Shown piece by piece: positions 14,301 to 26,476 of a DNA stretch of 64,000 nucleotides. Both the position numbers and the translations under genes were made by a program. Where the stretch lies: contig OX597814.1 in assembly GCA_951406725.2 (NCBI GenBank), forward strand, positions 210,180,001 through 210,244,000, written 5' to 3'. Numbering within the stretch: the stretch's first letter is position 1; each line of letters opens with the position of its first letter. Under the pieces are notes generated by a model. It had not been told where the DNA came from. It did no database searches and saw nothing but the letters and a program-made list of their open reading frames with translations. Origin of the DNA: Octopus vulgaris. Taxonomy: Eukaryota.

Positions 14301-15616
14301 CATATTATAAGGTAATTTGATTGGCATTCTTACGACAATGTTAACCTATTCCTCTTATTGGTGCAAGGGTCATTAAAAAACGACAGAGAAAATGGTAAAC
14401 GTTTACGTAGAAAAAAGGATGAGAAAAAAATCATGAAAAAAGCAATAAAGAAATATCACACTAAGATGACATCCACCCTGTTCATACTTTGGGCCATATT
14501 TGCCGACCTTGCAGACAATTTACTGGTGCACATCACTTTTCTATTAACTTTCATCAATCTCTCCGAATGGATGTGAAGAAAACTGATGAAAACTGACCGT
14601 TGGGAAAAATGGTTTCCAATGTGTAGATAGTGACGGTATATCCAATACATGGAACTTACTCGAAACAATTTAAGCGCTGAAACAAAACAATCAGTTGTTC
14701 ATAAAGAATATTTCCTTTTCTTCAGAATAAGCAGTTAACAGCAACGGGCATGTTTTAGTGTTATTCTGTCATCATCAGCAAGATAAAGAATTCACTACAT
14801 TTATCAATATAATAGTTAAAGATTTGTACATTTATCCTCCATGACTAGACAAAAGGAACAAGTGGTTCAGTTAATGTAGAATATCCCCATAATTATAAAC
14901 GCACGTGGTGTATATTATACAAATCCAGGTATATGTCTTATCGCCCAATCAGATTTTACATCTTATTGAATCGTTGAAAAAAAATATTACAATATGTAAC
15001 TTACAGTAAAACTTAATCTAAATTCACCCGCTGCATTTTGCGTATACAGTTGCTATTATCGGAACAGCGGAATGAATGTAAAACTTATTTTATTATGAGA
15101 ATTTCAGTAATGTAACAACAACACTTGGAGAATTTAGAGTAAAACTATTCAAGACGATATTACATTTCTGAGAACTCTTCTTATTTAATCTATGAAAATC
15201 GATAAAGCAAGTATCACGAAAAAAAATAAATAAATAAAATAAAAGGAAAAGGAAAAAGAAAAGAAAAACGAACCTGAAATTATTATTAATGCAGCGTAGA
15301 ATCATTATTTATTCTTGGATAAAAATAAAAAGGATAGAAAACTTTAAAAGTCTAGTGAAAAGTTTGACAGGAGATATCAAGAATTAAGGATATTGTCATC
15401 AGGAAATTTTCTTTTCTTTTGTATACTTAGCGCTCTCCTTGATATCATTCAGTTTTTCAACACACGCAGAGCGAAATTTGCGTGGCAGCAATATCATTTC
15501 CACTGAGAACGTTAGAGTTGTTTATATGGTTTACACTGTTCTTGCTATTGTTGTTGCTGCTACTGCTGTTGTTGTTGGTGCTGATACTGAGAATTGAGAG
15601 TATGATGCTGGTGATA

Positions 15617-15656
<40 letters not shown>

Positions 15657-16159
15657 GGATGGTACTTTTGTTAGATTTCCACCGAAACTATTTTAGTTAC
15701 ATAGAATGTATTCGCTGTGTTCAGATGCAACTTGATTAAATAACTTATTGCATGTTCACTTGACTTTATTGCCAAACTTTATGAACTCGTAGTCAAATAA
15801 AGTAACCAAACAACGTAGCAACGAAACAAACGGCTTCGCATCATCTTGCCTGAAAGCCTGCCATTGAACCAAACTACTATCATAAACATCCATTAATGAA
15901 TGGAAGAAAAGCGAAAAAAAGAATGCACGGAACGCCAAACACGCCAATGGATTCCATGATGATATTGTGTTAAATATTTCGACAAAGGAGAAAATACTAA
16001 ACAGAAAAATATACATATGGAAAAACGAGGAGAAAATTCACATACGATCCACAAAATCTGAACTGCATTAACTGGAAAACCACAACGCTTTGTATTTTAT
16101 TTTGCGATATTGACTTAAGTCTGTGGAATCATATTTTTATATTTTGAAGAAGGAGAGCG

Positions 16160-16500
16160 TTAATGAAGTACCAGAAGCAACGCAAAGGCATCATTATGAA
16201 CATCGTCATCATAGAACACCTCATTATTCTTCTTATCCTCATTAGCATCATCAATCTCTCTATCATTATTGTGCTTCGTCATATCCATCTTCACCACCGC
16301 CGCTGCCTTCATCAGGAACACCACCATTACCGCAGAGATCATCATCATCGTCATCATCATCATCATCATCATCATAATCATCGACGTCGTCGTCGTCGTC
16401 ATCATTATCATCATCATCATCAGCAGCAGCAGCAGAAGCAGCAGAAGCAGCATCATTAAGAGCCACAACAACAGCACCCACCAGCATCTTCATCATTAGC
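16160..16500. repeat. (CAT)n/(CAG)n/(CGT)n degenerate trinucleotide tract
   Basis: Visible; it generates the poly-H/poly-D ORF artefacts. Confidence 0.9.
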
Positions 16501-17460
16501 GTTGTTGATATTCATATAAATTTCCATACTTGCAGGGTCAATAAAATAAGCAACAGAAAATAAAGACATTCGGTGACAGAGCGGTGATCAAAACAGCTTT
16601 CTGAGTATGGCTACGTCATTGTATGGTCTGAGCTCAAGTCTAGGAAGTTCAGGCTTGTCTTTTATTTGTTGTCACTAAAAATACAGATACTTGCGTACTA
16701 GACGCTTGTTAAGAAATTGCAGCTTATCTTAATATTAAAAATTCATTATTATAATTTATTAGCTGACGAGGTGGAGAAAATGCTTAGAAGCATTTCCTTT
16801 CAATTTACTTTCTAATTTCATATGCTGCCCATGTCAATGCATGATTTGCGACTTTTCGTCCATCTTCATGTTCTGAGTTCAAATGACACCGAAGTTCACA
16901 AACATGCGTGTGCGACATGGTGATCTCCTATCGTGATAAACGATGCATGACCTTGTAGTTGAGAGCCAGTTAGACCATCCTTCTCAAAAGGTTCCTGCAT
17001 AAGCGTTGTTTGAGGATGATGAAGGAAAGACACGTGATACCTGACGTGAATTATTCAAACCACAAAGAATTCCTCTCAACACATGGCTATGATGTTTCCT
17101 CTCTACTTCTTGTGATCATAGGTTATAAAAAGATGTTGACCGGCTTAACATTATCACCTGGCACGTTGGGTGTCTTTATCGGGGTTTATTCTTTCCAAGC
17201 AATCTAACCAGCTTTGTGGTTCGAGGATATATTGCTCACTCTATTCCACTACTCTTGGGATCCATGAAATATATCATGGGTACTGTTTCTCTTACTAAAA
17301 AAATTTAAAAAATTATAACCTTCGAAAGCAAAATATTATTATCTCCCTGATCTCCCAGTGTGCCTGTGTCTTGCTTATCCATGTGTACACACAAACATAC
17401 ACACACACACACTCACATACACAAAAACACACACATTTACGCACACGCGCATATATATAC

Positions 17461-17829
17461 ACTCCTTTACTCTTTTACTTGTGTCAGTCATTTGACTGTG
17501 GCCATGCTGGAGCACCGTCTTTAGTCGAGCAAATCGAACGCAGGACTTATTCTTTGTAAGCCTAGTAATCATTATATCGGTATCTATGCCGAACCGCTAA
17601 GTTACAGGGACGTAAACATACCAGCATCGGTTGTCAAGCGATGTTGGGGGGAAAAACACAGACACAAAAGCACACACACATGTATATACACATATACATA
17701 TATACGACGAGCTTCTTTCAGTTTCCGTCTACCAAATCCACTCACAAGGCTTCGGTAGGCCCGAGGCTATAGTAGAAGACATTTGCCCAAGGTGCCACGC
17801 AGTGGGACTGAACTCGGAACCATGTGGCT
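17461..17829 (-). mobile_element. tRNA-derived CORE-type SINE (Octopus OR-like family)
   Basis: Collinear with copies at 47757, 49072, 55532 and 58204; has the CORE-like ACCTTGGGCAA segment and an internal (TG/TA)n tract. Confidence 0.88.
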
Positions 17830-17939
17830 AGTTATGTAGAAAATCTCTAAAAATCTTTTCAAATGTTCCAGCTTAAAAGCTGTGGTCAAGCTGGGGCACA
17901 TACACATACAGACACACACACATACGCACAATATAGTCC

Positions 17940-18210
17940 ATCATAACTTCTTTAATTTTCAAATAAATGTCTGATAGATTAATTTTCGATGTTATTATAT
18001 ATTTAGTGTTGAGCTCCTTCCTTACTAGTTTCCCATAGTTGGTGTAGTTAAGCCTCTATAAAATAAATTTCCAGTTTTATCTGCTGGGACCAGAATTCCT
18101 GGTTTGTTATGCAATGACTTAATAAACATCTTAATTTTCCTCATGACTCCCACTGTGTTTCCATTTCTGCTATTCCAATATTGTAGTTGTTTCTGTTTAA
18201 GCTTATTCTG
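17940..18210 (-). mobile_element. Penelope-like element RT N-terminal fragment
   Basis: ILVPADKTGNLF is the PADKT.NLY signature of Penelope/Poseidon RTs, followed after a frameshift by YGKLVRKELNTKY. Confidence 0.78.
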
Positions 18211-18214
18211 CCAC

Positions 18215-18505
18215 ATTAGTAGTAGCATGGAATTCTTTCATTCTCTAGTTCTGATGAAATATTTGCTAAAATTTATAATAGAATATCCGGACTGCTGAAA
18301 ATTTGTATTTTGCAACTGAAGACGGCGCTTACATTCAAATTGTTGTAATGCTTGCATTGTTCGATAAAATGGAGCCGCCTGAAAGGGCCGTAATGCGCTA
18401 ATACCTTGATACTTATTCACTTTACATCGTGCAGTGTGGATAATACCGGACTTGCTTGTTGTATCAACTTAAGTACCTTATTCAACTGAATCTTAATTAT
18501 TTGGT
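18215..18505 (+). mobile_element. Penelope-like terminal repeat (pLTR), inverted relative to the adjacent RT fragment
   Basis: Alignable by eye to 36910-37220 (TAGTAGC..ATGGAATT ... CTTAAGTACC..ATTCAACTGAATCT). Confidence 0.72.
18311..18397 (+). ncRNA. Degenerate type I hammerhead ribozyme in a pLTR
   Basis: CTGAAGA (18316-22), stem II CGGC..GCCG, GAAA (18381-84), GGCC palindromic loop and GTA triplet. Stem III C is mutated to G and stem I is imperfect. Confidence 0.5.
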
Positions 18506-18572
18506 ATATAAATATATATATTTATAAACACACATATGCATACATGCATACATACATAATATATACATACAA

Positions 18573-18621
<49 letters not shown>

Positions 18622-18669
18622 AACATACAAACACATAAACACACACACACATACATATGTGTGTGTATG

Positions 18670-18875
18670 TTAGTGGTTAGGGTGTTGGACGCACGGTCGT
18701 AAACACGTCTCTTCATGTTGTTCCAGTTCGCTCAGCTGTAGAAATGAGTACCACTAGTGGAAGCACGCCGACCGTAAGATTGTTGTTTCTATCTTTGTAA
18801 CGGGTAATCTGTTATGTTCGTGCAAAAAATTTTATTTCACGTTGCTCCAATCTACTCAGCTGTAGAAATGAATAT
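18670..18875 (+). mobile_element. tRNA-headed SINE with a Deu/Nin-like domain, internally duplicated
   Basis: A-box-like TAGTGGTTAGGG; CTCAGCTGTAGAAATGA occurs twice (~18731 and ~18855). Confidence 0.5.
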
Positions 18876-19033
18876 TTAGCCAGGAGAGGGAGGGGTTCCG
18901 CCAGGCATTTTCGCCCTAGTTATACTGCACGGCTGCAGCGCCCCAGAGACCCCGAAGATGTTGAGGGACTTGTCAATATAATAGAGTGTGTACATTACGT
19001 AAGGTATATTGATGGCTATTCCCGTTAAATAAT

Positions 19034-19266
19034 TATTTCTTTATTACCCACAAGGGGCTAAACACAGAGGGGACAAACAAGGACATACATAGGTATTAAG
19101 TCGATTACATCGACCCCAGTGCGTAACTGGTACTTAATTTATCGACCCCGAAAGGATGAAAGGCAAAGTCGATCTCAGCGGAATTTGAACTCACAACGTA
19201 ACGTCAGACGAAATACCGCTAAGCATTTTGCCCGTTGTGCTAACGTTTCTGCCAGCTCGCTGCCTT
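19034..19266 (-). mobile_element. Meta-domain tRNA-SINE, full length
   Basis: Head AAGGCAGCGAGCTGGCAGAAACG, B-box GTTCAAATTCC, central GCCTTTCATCCTTTCGGGGTCGATAAATTAAGTACC (resembles the MetaSINE domain, recalled). Confidence 0.88.
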
Positions 19267-20289
19267 ATACGTATATCTATATTTCCGTTAAATACTGTCA
19301 CAGTGACGTATGTCGAAAAAACGCACACACGCCAGCACGCACGTGTACGCGTGTGTGCGTATGTAAGCAAAATAAAGCATAACAAAAACGAGGAGTAAGT
19401 TCACAATCAGTTTGACGCCCATATATATGTTTATGTGCGCATGTATAGCAACAACAACAACAACATAGAGAATAAAGCAAAATACTTCAAACGTTTGAAA
19501 AACAAATTGGCTGTATGCAACATTCCTAAAAATATTTCAAAAAATTCTGCGTTGGCGTCATTAATTTCTTTTCTTTGTATTTTAATTACGCGATATAACT
19601 TGTATACTGTGTCACAGTTTTCTTTGATAATGTAAGCAAATTACTATACTTCCATGAATGTATCTTATAAAGGCGTTACAAATTCCAAATCGCCCACATT
19701 CTATTTGTAATTAATTTTAATTGCGATTAAAATACACGGGGATTGTCTTTCCTCGCTTGCTTGACAAGAATTAACCATTAAAATAATTACTCTTCCTTAC
19801 AGCACAATTGTCTCTTTCATTCAGTAACATTACTTGCATCTCTACATTAAGAATCTCAGCACCAACCTAAATATTCCTGCATGTTGTACACATACATACA
19901 CCGCCCGCACATGTGTGTGTATATGGCATCTCAGATTTTGCTCAAAGGTTTGTTTGTAAATTCTTACCAGACATATAGTATCATAGCAATTGTGTTTTCA
20001 ATTCAACCCCTGTTGTTTCCTCACTCTTTTCAGGTAATTTTCCAGCTCACTCTTTTCAGGTAGTTTTACGATTCGTTTTTAGGGATACATTGTTTTCTGA
20101 TGGGACTAAAACCTCGATTCGATCAGCTAGCCTTTCCTGTCAAAATTGTCGTTGAAAAAGTTACTCAGTAGTAGTAACCTAAATCTCCCTGCCTGTGAGG
20201 ACTGATATATTCCAAAGTATGTCATTTTCTGTACCATTTGTCAAATCGTTCGAACATCGTACAAAAGGAATACTGGTATTTGTTCCGTT

Positions 20290-20522
20290 AAGGCGGCAAG
20301 CTAGCAGAAACGTTAGCACGCCGGGCGAAATGCGTAGCCATATTTCGTCTGCCGTTACGTTCTGAGTTCAAATTCCGCCGAGGTCGACTTTGCCTTTCAT
20401 CCTTTCGGGGTCGATAATTTAAGTATCAGTTACGCACTGGGGTCGATGTAATCGACTTAATCCGTTTGTCTGTCCTTGTTTGTCCCCTCTTTGTTTAGCC
20501 CCTTGTGGGTAGTAAAGAAATA
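20290..20522 (+). mobile_element. Meta-domain tRNA-SINE, full length, with TSD-like flanks
   Basis: Same family; GGTATTTGTTC occurs on both flanks (20275-85 and 20523-33). Confidence 0.9.
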
Positions 20523-21677
20523 GGTATTTGTTCTGAGCTCAAACATATCCGGTGCCGATAAATTATGGCAACAGTTAGTAGTGAATCGAGTAACCCACTT
20601 TCAAAATTTTAAATCTTGTGCCTATGCTAGAAAGAATTTTTTTTTTGTGATAGGAAGAGAAAAGTTGGTAGATTGGTAGAATCGGTGAAGCGTCGAAAAT
20701 GTGATGTTGTAAATTTTCAGGCGCTTTCTTAGCTCCGTTCAACGTCAACTTCAACTTTCATCCCAGTGGGGTCGATAAAATAAAAAAAAAAAGAAGCCAT
20801 ACAAAAAATGGTTTGTCTGCAATTGTCTCAACCCACCACAAAGTACTTGTCTTCAGTCTAAATATTACCACAATCCTCGTAAATCAGCATTTTAATAACC
20901 ATCAAGTATTATACGATGAAAAATATTACTACAATCGTTGAGATTGTCAAAATGAGGGATAAACCTATATCAGGTTTTGCAAAGTAACAACAGAAAAGTA
21001 ACAAACGTGTGAAAGTATATGAATGTTCTTTTCGTTTTGTCTATGGCAATATAGGTTTCTTACTTAAATTAACTTATTCAGTTGTACTTCTCAAACGATA
21101 GACATTTCAAAAGTATAAATGTGTTGTTCGAGTGTAAAAAAAAAATCTTTTTATTTTATTTCTCTGTACAGATCAATCATTGATCATTTGAATGAAGTTT
21201 CAAGCTCAATTGAAATAACATTGCAAGAGTGACCAAAGATAATTAACTCTAGACATCGATTTCAACGCCTTGCTTTTATAGCAGTATCAGCACATCTCTT
21301 AAGTGAATACAAGTAGATCCACTACAGGAAGTAGACGTTAAGACCACTCAAAATAATTGTATGTGTTTCTCTGTTTGCGTCGAAGCATTTCATTTCAAAC
21401 ATAAAGCTTGATGCTACATAATCATCGAAATGCATGAATGAGAATGTGTGGGTGTGACAGTGTATGTGTGAATAAGTGGTTATTTGTGGATGCGTACATA
21501 TGAAGTTGCGTGCCCGTGTGTGTATGAAACGTCGAACAATATCAGACTATATCGATATATCTATTTAGCAATTGGTCTCTTTCTCCACTATTGTGTGTAT
21601 ATAACTCTCTTACTCCCACACATAGTATTCATGTTATATTATGTATATGTATGCATATGCATGTGCGCATTTGTCTG

Positions 21678-21740
<63 letters not shown>

Positions 21741-21741
21741 A

Positions 21742-21795
<54 letters not shown>

Positions 21796-21844
21796 AATAT
21801 ATATATATGCATATACGTGTGTGTTTATGTGTGTCTGAGAGCTG

Positions 21845-21893
<49 letters not shown>

Positions 21894-22794
21894 CGAGGTG
21901 GGAGAGAGAGAAAGAGAAAGGGGTACTAAAGACTAAAAAATACCCAACAGAATTTGAATAAGCATTATTGTGGTCCTGAGAAGTTTGAGAGCTTCGTACG
22001 GACAACTAGTTTCTTTCCGTACGTACCAAGAATAATCATACACTGAAATGTTCAACTAACAGACGAACATTATATTTAGAGCCGATGAACTCAAGTTTGA
22101 AGAATCTTGTGTGTGAGAAGTGTGGAAAGAGAAAAAGGATCTTTGAATGTTTGTGTTGATGGAATGTTGACTGTAAAGCTGAAGCAAATTGCATAAAGTA
22201 GATGTGTGTCAGATGGCAAACCAATATGGTGTATGCAGAGTAAACTTATAATGAAAAAAAACACAAAAAAACAAATAATCAATTGTTCGTGTGGTGAATT
22301 TGACTGAAACGATGTAATGAAATGAAAAAAGTTAAACTTGGGGTTTTTGGCCTGGAGAGAAAATGTTATATGCTGGTCAAATGTTATATGCAGTGGTCAA
22401 AGGACATAAAGTGATGACTTGGTTGGGTAATAGCAAGAATAGTAACTGCGGGTGCTGACTAGAAAAATAACTGAATGGAGATTGTTTGTGTTCTAGTTTG
22501 ATATGGATGGTTTGATTTAGCTGCACCCCAGCAGAAGAAAAAAAAATTCTTCTTTTTGGCTTTTGGAATGGAAAATGAAATACGCTTAGAGACAAGTGTA
22601 CAGGAGTGCGATACAAATACGAAGAATCTCAAGCATATATTTGTATATATTTAATCAGCCGAAATTTGCTATGATGATCCGGTTTCTGACTGAAGATTAA
22701 AGGCTTCGAATGACCCTCTGTTTTCTGTATTCGTCCCTTTGTGTATTTCACGTTCTTGTTTCTTTATATATAATTTTTATACCTATATATATAT

Positions 22795-23160
22795 ATAGTT
22801 GCCAACTAAATGTGGCAGTCCTATAAAGGACGGTGTTACTGTTATTTTTATCCCTAGGAAGACATCTCTTTCAGGAAGACATCTCCAACGACACAGTCTG
22901 TGTCCGATCAGTATTTGCGAGGTGGGGGGCATCGCTCCTATCTCTAGCCTTACATGATACAGTCTGTGTCCGATCAGTATTTGCGAGGGGGCGGGCATCG
23001 CTCCTATCTCTAGCCTTACATGATACATACAGACCCGGGTTTCTGAGTGGTTACCCGTCTTCAGCGTGTGGTTAATCACTGGCTAGTGATGAAGAATTCA
23101 TTCTATTCGCAAAATGCTATATCTTTATTCTAGAGACACACTGTCGCTCATCTCGTAAAG
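22795..23160 (+). repeat. Dispersed repeat with a 66-bp tandem duplication and a decayed hammerhead-like end
   Basis: Unit ACAGTCTGTGTCCGATCAG...CTTACATGAT at 22893-22958 and 22959-23024; GTGATGA-AGAAT...ATTCT-AGAGACACACTGTC near 23086-23145. Confidence 0.55.
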
Positions 23161-23249
23161 TGAGATGAGTTATATTAAATCTGTGAGAGAGAGATAACTA
23201 CGGAATCGTAAAATATACTTGTCGTCTAGATTAAACTTGTTTTTTTTTT

Positions 23250-24660
23250 TTTTGCTTACTCCTTCGGCCGTTTACTCACACACCAAGGATTTTGGGGCAG
23301 GTTTACTTCGATGCTTTGATCTGTGTACATTAGTGCCTACTTAAGAAAAACCCATTATCGCCTACAGTCATGATACCGCCCCCTCACTTCAGTACACAAT
23401 TTCTTTAATTACTCTCCGCTCATAGTGTGATAACATGGGGTGAACTTCAAATATGACCGTTGACATGTGGGCGTCAACACTATTAATGCGCCTCTCCCCT
23501 TCTTTGATCTGTGTACATTTATGTTTACTTAACCACTCCCTATTATCGCCTACGGCCATCATGCCCTCCTTACTTCAGCCTCTTATTTAGTGTAAATAAC
23601 AGTTTGTTCAACGACCTTAGTAGTAACTCACTCCCCACCTTCCCATTATCGTCGATAATCATAAAGTGCGAACATGACCTTTGACCTATGCACGTGAACA
23701 CTGTTGATTGGCCACTATAATGAGCCCGTCCAATTAAGTCTTTCACTGAATTTCACTGTTCACTTGATCCTGCCAGTGTCAAATCGTAATTATTGATGAG
23801 CTTTTGTGCATATCTAATACGTGTTTCGGCTTACAGGTTAGGCCTAACATTTGTCGTACATTATTGCTTTAACTCAAACATGCTATTGAAATGTATCGTT
23901 GTCCACACACAGCTCCTTCATACTGTTGCTGCCAACCATTTTTTAGCTTAAATGTCGTTAAAAAATAGTGTATTTGGTGTCCTGGTGTCCACGTAGCTAA
24001 CTGTCCGTGCTTTCACCTTTTTTGAATAATACGTTTAGTAGGTTCACTTTTTATACATCGCGCCAAACGCTAACCACGGCTGGCCTTCATTTAGGCGGCC
24101 CATGTCCCTCTCATGGCCAGTTAGGTATCGAATGCTCCAGAGTTGGAGGCAAACAAAATCTATTCGTATTTGCCCCTAATGGCAAAACAAAAAATGTGGT
24201 CTACAGTTTCTTTTCCTTTGTCCAACCTAGGTTTAACATCTCTTTTCCCTGAGTTTCACATTTCACAGCAACAGTTCCGTTGCTTTCGCTGTAAAGAAAA
24301 AAAAAGGCCCTTTTCAGGGACAATTTAAATACGATCGTTACACCACATGAGAAACATTACAGCCCTTTTCAGGGTTTCTTATCAAATTGTTACCGCTGTT
24401 AGAACAACAAACCTGCCCTTTTTAAGGCTAATTCACCCGTGATTGTTACACCATCTGAGAACGCATTAAACCCATTCTCATGACTTCTTATCAAAGTGTT
24501 ACCGCTTGGCTTCATCGGTACCCAGTGACCAAGTTTGTTACAATTTGCGACAATCTTGTTACAATTTGGCGTTTGCGTTATTTATGACATAGAAAATTTA
24601 CTAAGTATCAAAAACATTGTAGTATTTTAATTCCGAGCAACGCTGGGTATTTCTGCTTAT
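23250..24660 (+). mobile_element. Probable non-autonomous Helitron
   Basis: Ends CCGAGCAACGCTGGGTATTTCTGCTTAT, a decayed version of the CCGGGCAACGCCGGG hairpin plus CTAG Helitron terminus. Interior has dispersed sub-repeats (CTTTGATCTGTGTACATT x2, TATCGCCTAC x2, CTTATCAAA.TGTTACCGCT x2). 5' end uncertain. Confidence 0.45.
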
Positions 24661-24670
24661 ATATATTAAA

Positions 24671-24834
24671 CGTTGTTTTCACTATTTACAGCGAGACAAG
24701 GAATGAATATTCGCATATTTATTCTTAAAAAGTCTAGACAAGTTCAGACGTACAATATGCTGAATGTTATAGTGTGTCTTAGGAAAATATGCACGTATTC
24801 ATTCCTCTTGTCGCTGTAGACGGTGCAAAAAACG
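24671..24834. repeat. Imperfect 164-nt palindrome/hairpin
   Basis: Arms 24671-24728 and 24779-24834 are reverse-complementary with mismatches; inner TTCAG-A-CGTA/TATG-CTGAA also pairs. Confidence 0.75.
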
Positions 24835-25509
24835 ATATGTTTTAATCAGTTGACAGACATAAGCACCGCTGAAAGCATAAACAAAGCCAGCGGCTTCGTC
24901 TGGTCTAAGTTTCGGCGACTTCTGGATGAAGAGATATCTTGACGAAAGACCGTTGTTCCACAGTGCCGTGTGATTGTGTGTATGTATCTGTGTGTGTGTG
25001 TGTATGTCTGTCAGTATGTGCATGTGTGTATGTGTGGATATGTGTGAGTATGTGTGTGAGCATCTGTGCGTTTGTAGATACATATCTACACACATTTATA
25101 TATATATATATATGTATACGTACTAGCCATTATAACTGCTAGTTGGTTGATTCTCTAGCCATGCTTTATAATCTAGAGAGAGAAAGATGGGGGCGTAAGA
25201 TACAAAGTAAGCTAAAAGTGAGAGATACAAGATGAGAGCAAATACAAAGCTCGGTAGTAGGCAATGAGGAAAGGGACGTTATAAACATGTGGAAGTAGGA
25301 AAGGGACGTTATAAACATGTGAGCACGCACACTGCGAGAAAGATTGATTAAAACAGAGAACTAATGGGAGTAAACGATAGAGTAGTCATAGAAGTAGTTA
25401 TACAAATGAGATATTTCCATTATTTAAGCCGAAGATATTTTTCTTTAGAAATAAAAGTGGTCATTTTTATCATTTTGTAGGAGTATCAAGAAATTTGATC
25501 GTATATGTT

Positions 25510-25715
25510 TTGCTTATTTTAAACTGTGGCCATGCTGGGATATCCACTTGAAAATTTTTTAGTCGAATATATCTATACCAGCACTGATAATTTACTAAGC
25601 CTGGTACTTATTCTATCGGTCACCTTTGCCGAACCGCTTGGCTACGGAATGAAAAACACATTAATATCTGTTATCAAGCGGTGATGAGGGACAAACATGG
25701 ATACAAAGACACACA
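25510..25715 (-). mobile_element. Degenerate 3' half of a CORE-type SINE
   Basis: CTGTGGCCATGCTGG...GTACTTATTCTATCGGT...GCCGAACCGCT matches the family. Confidence 0.75.
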
Positions 25716-25732
25716 CAAATATATAGATATAC

Positions 25733-26149
25733 ATTTCTTTACTACTCACAAGAGGCTAAACACAGAGGGAACAAAGAAGGACAGACAAAGGGATTATGTC
25801 GATTACATCGACCTCAGTGCGTAACAGGTACTTATTTTATCAACCCCGAAAGGATGAAAGGCAAAGTCGACCTCGGCGGAATTTGAACTCGGAACGTAAC
25901 CGCAGACGAAATACCTATTTCTTTACTACCCACAAGGGGCTAAGCACAGAGGGGACAAACAAGGACAGACAAACGGATTAAATCGATTATATCGACCCCA
26001 GTGCGTGACTGGTACTTCTTTAATCGACCCCGAAAGGATGAAAGGCAAAGTCGACCTCGGCGGAATTTGAACTCGGAACGTAACGACAGACGAAATACGG
26101 CTACGCAATTTTGCCCGGCGTTCTAACGTTTCTGCCGGCTCGGCGCCTT
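25733..26149 (-). mobile_element. Meta-domain SINE tandem dimer (full copy plus 3' partial copy)
   Basis: Full copy 25915-26149 and partial copy 25733-25914; AAATAT(A/G)TAGATATA lies on both sides of the whole dimer. Confidence 0.88.
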
Positions 26150-26378
26150 ATCATAAATATGTAGATATATTTACACGATGGACGTCTTACAGTTTCCGGG
26201 CTGAACCTGGAACCATGTAGTTTAGAAACATGCTTGGTACCGTACAGCCACGCCTGATGAACGTTAAATTTCTGTAAGCCATAATTCCTAATATTACCCA
26301 TGGTGTTAAAAGTATACTTCAAAAATTCCGTGTCATACGACACATAACACTTTAGTATACCTACCTACGTACCTACAC

Positions 26379-26476
<98 letters not shown>

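Noticed and set aside
16160-16499. His-rich and Asp-rich ORFs
   Set aside because: (CAT)n-derived low complexity with no splice or domain support.
22027-22042. Further minus-strand micro-exon candidates (also 57907-57935)
   Set aside because: Splice signals are weaker than at 14660 and expected by chance at this window size.
22893-23027. CRISPR-like repeat
   Set aside because: Two contiguous 66-bp units without spacers in eukaryotic DNA: a simple tandem duplication.
25267-25321. 30-bp tandem duplication (AGGAAAGGGACGTTATAAACATGTG x2)
   Set aside because: An ordinary slippage duplication with no further structure.
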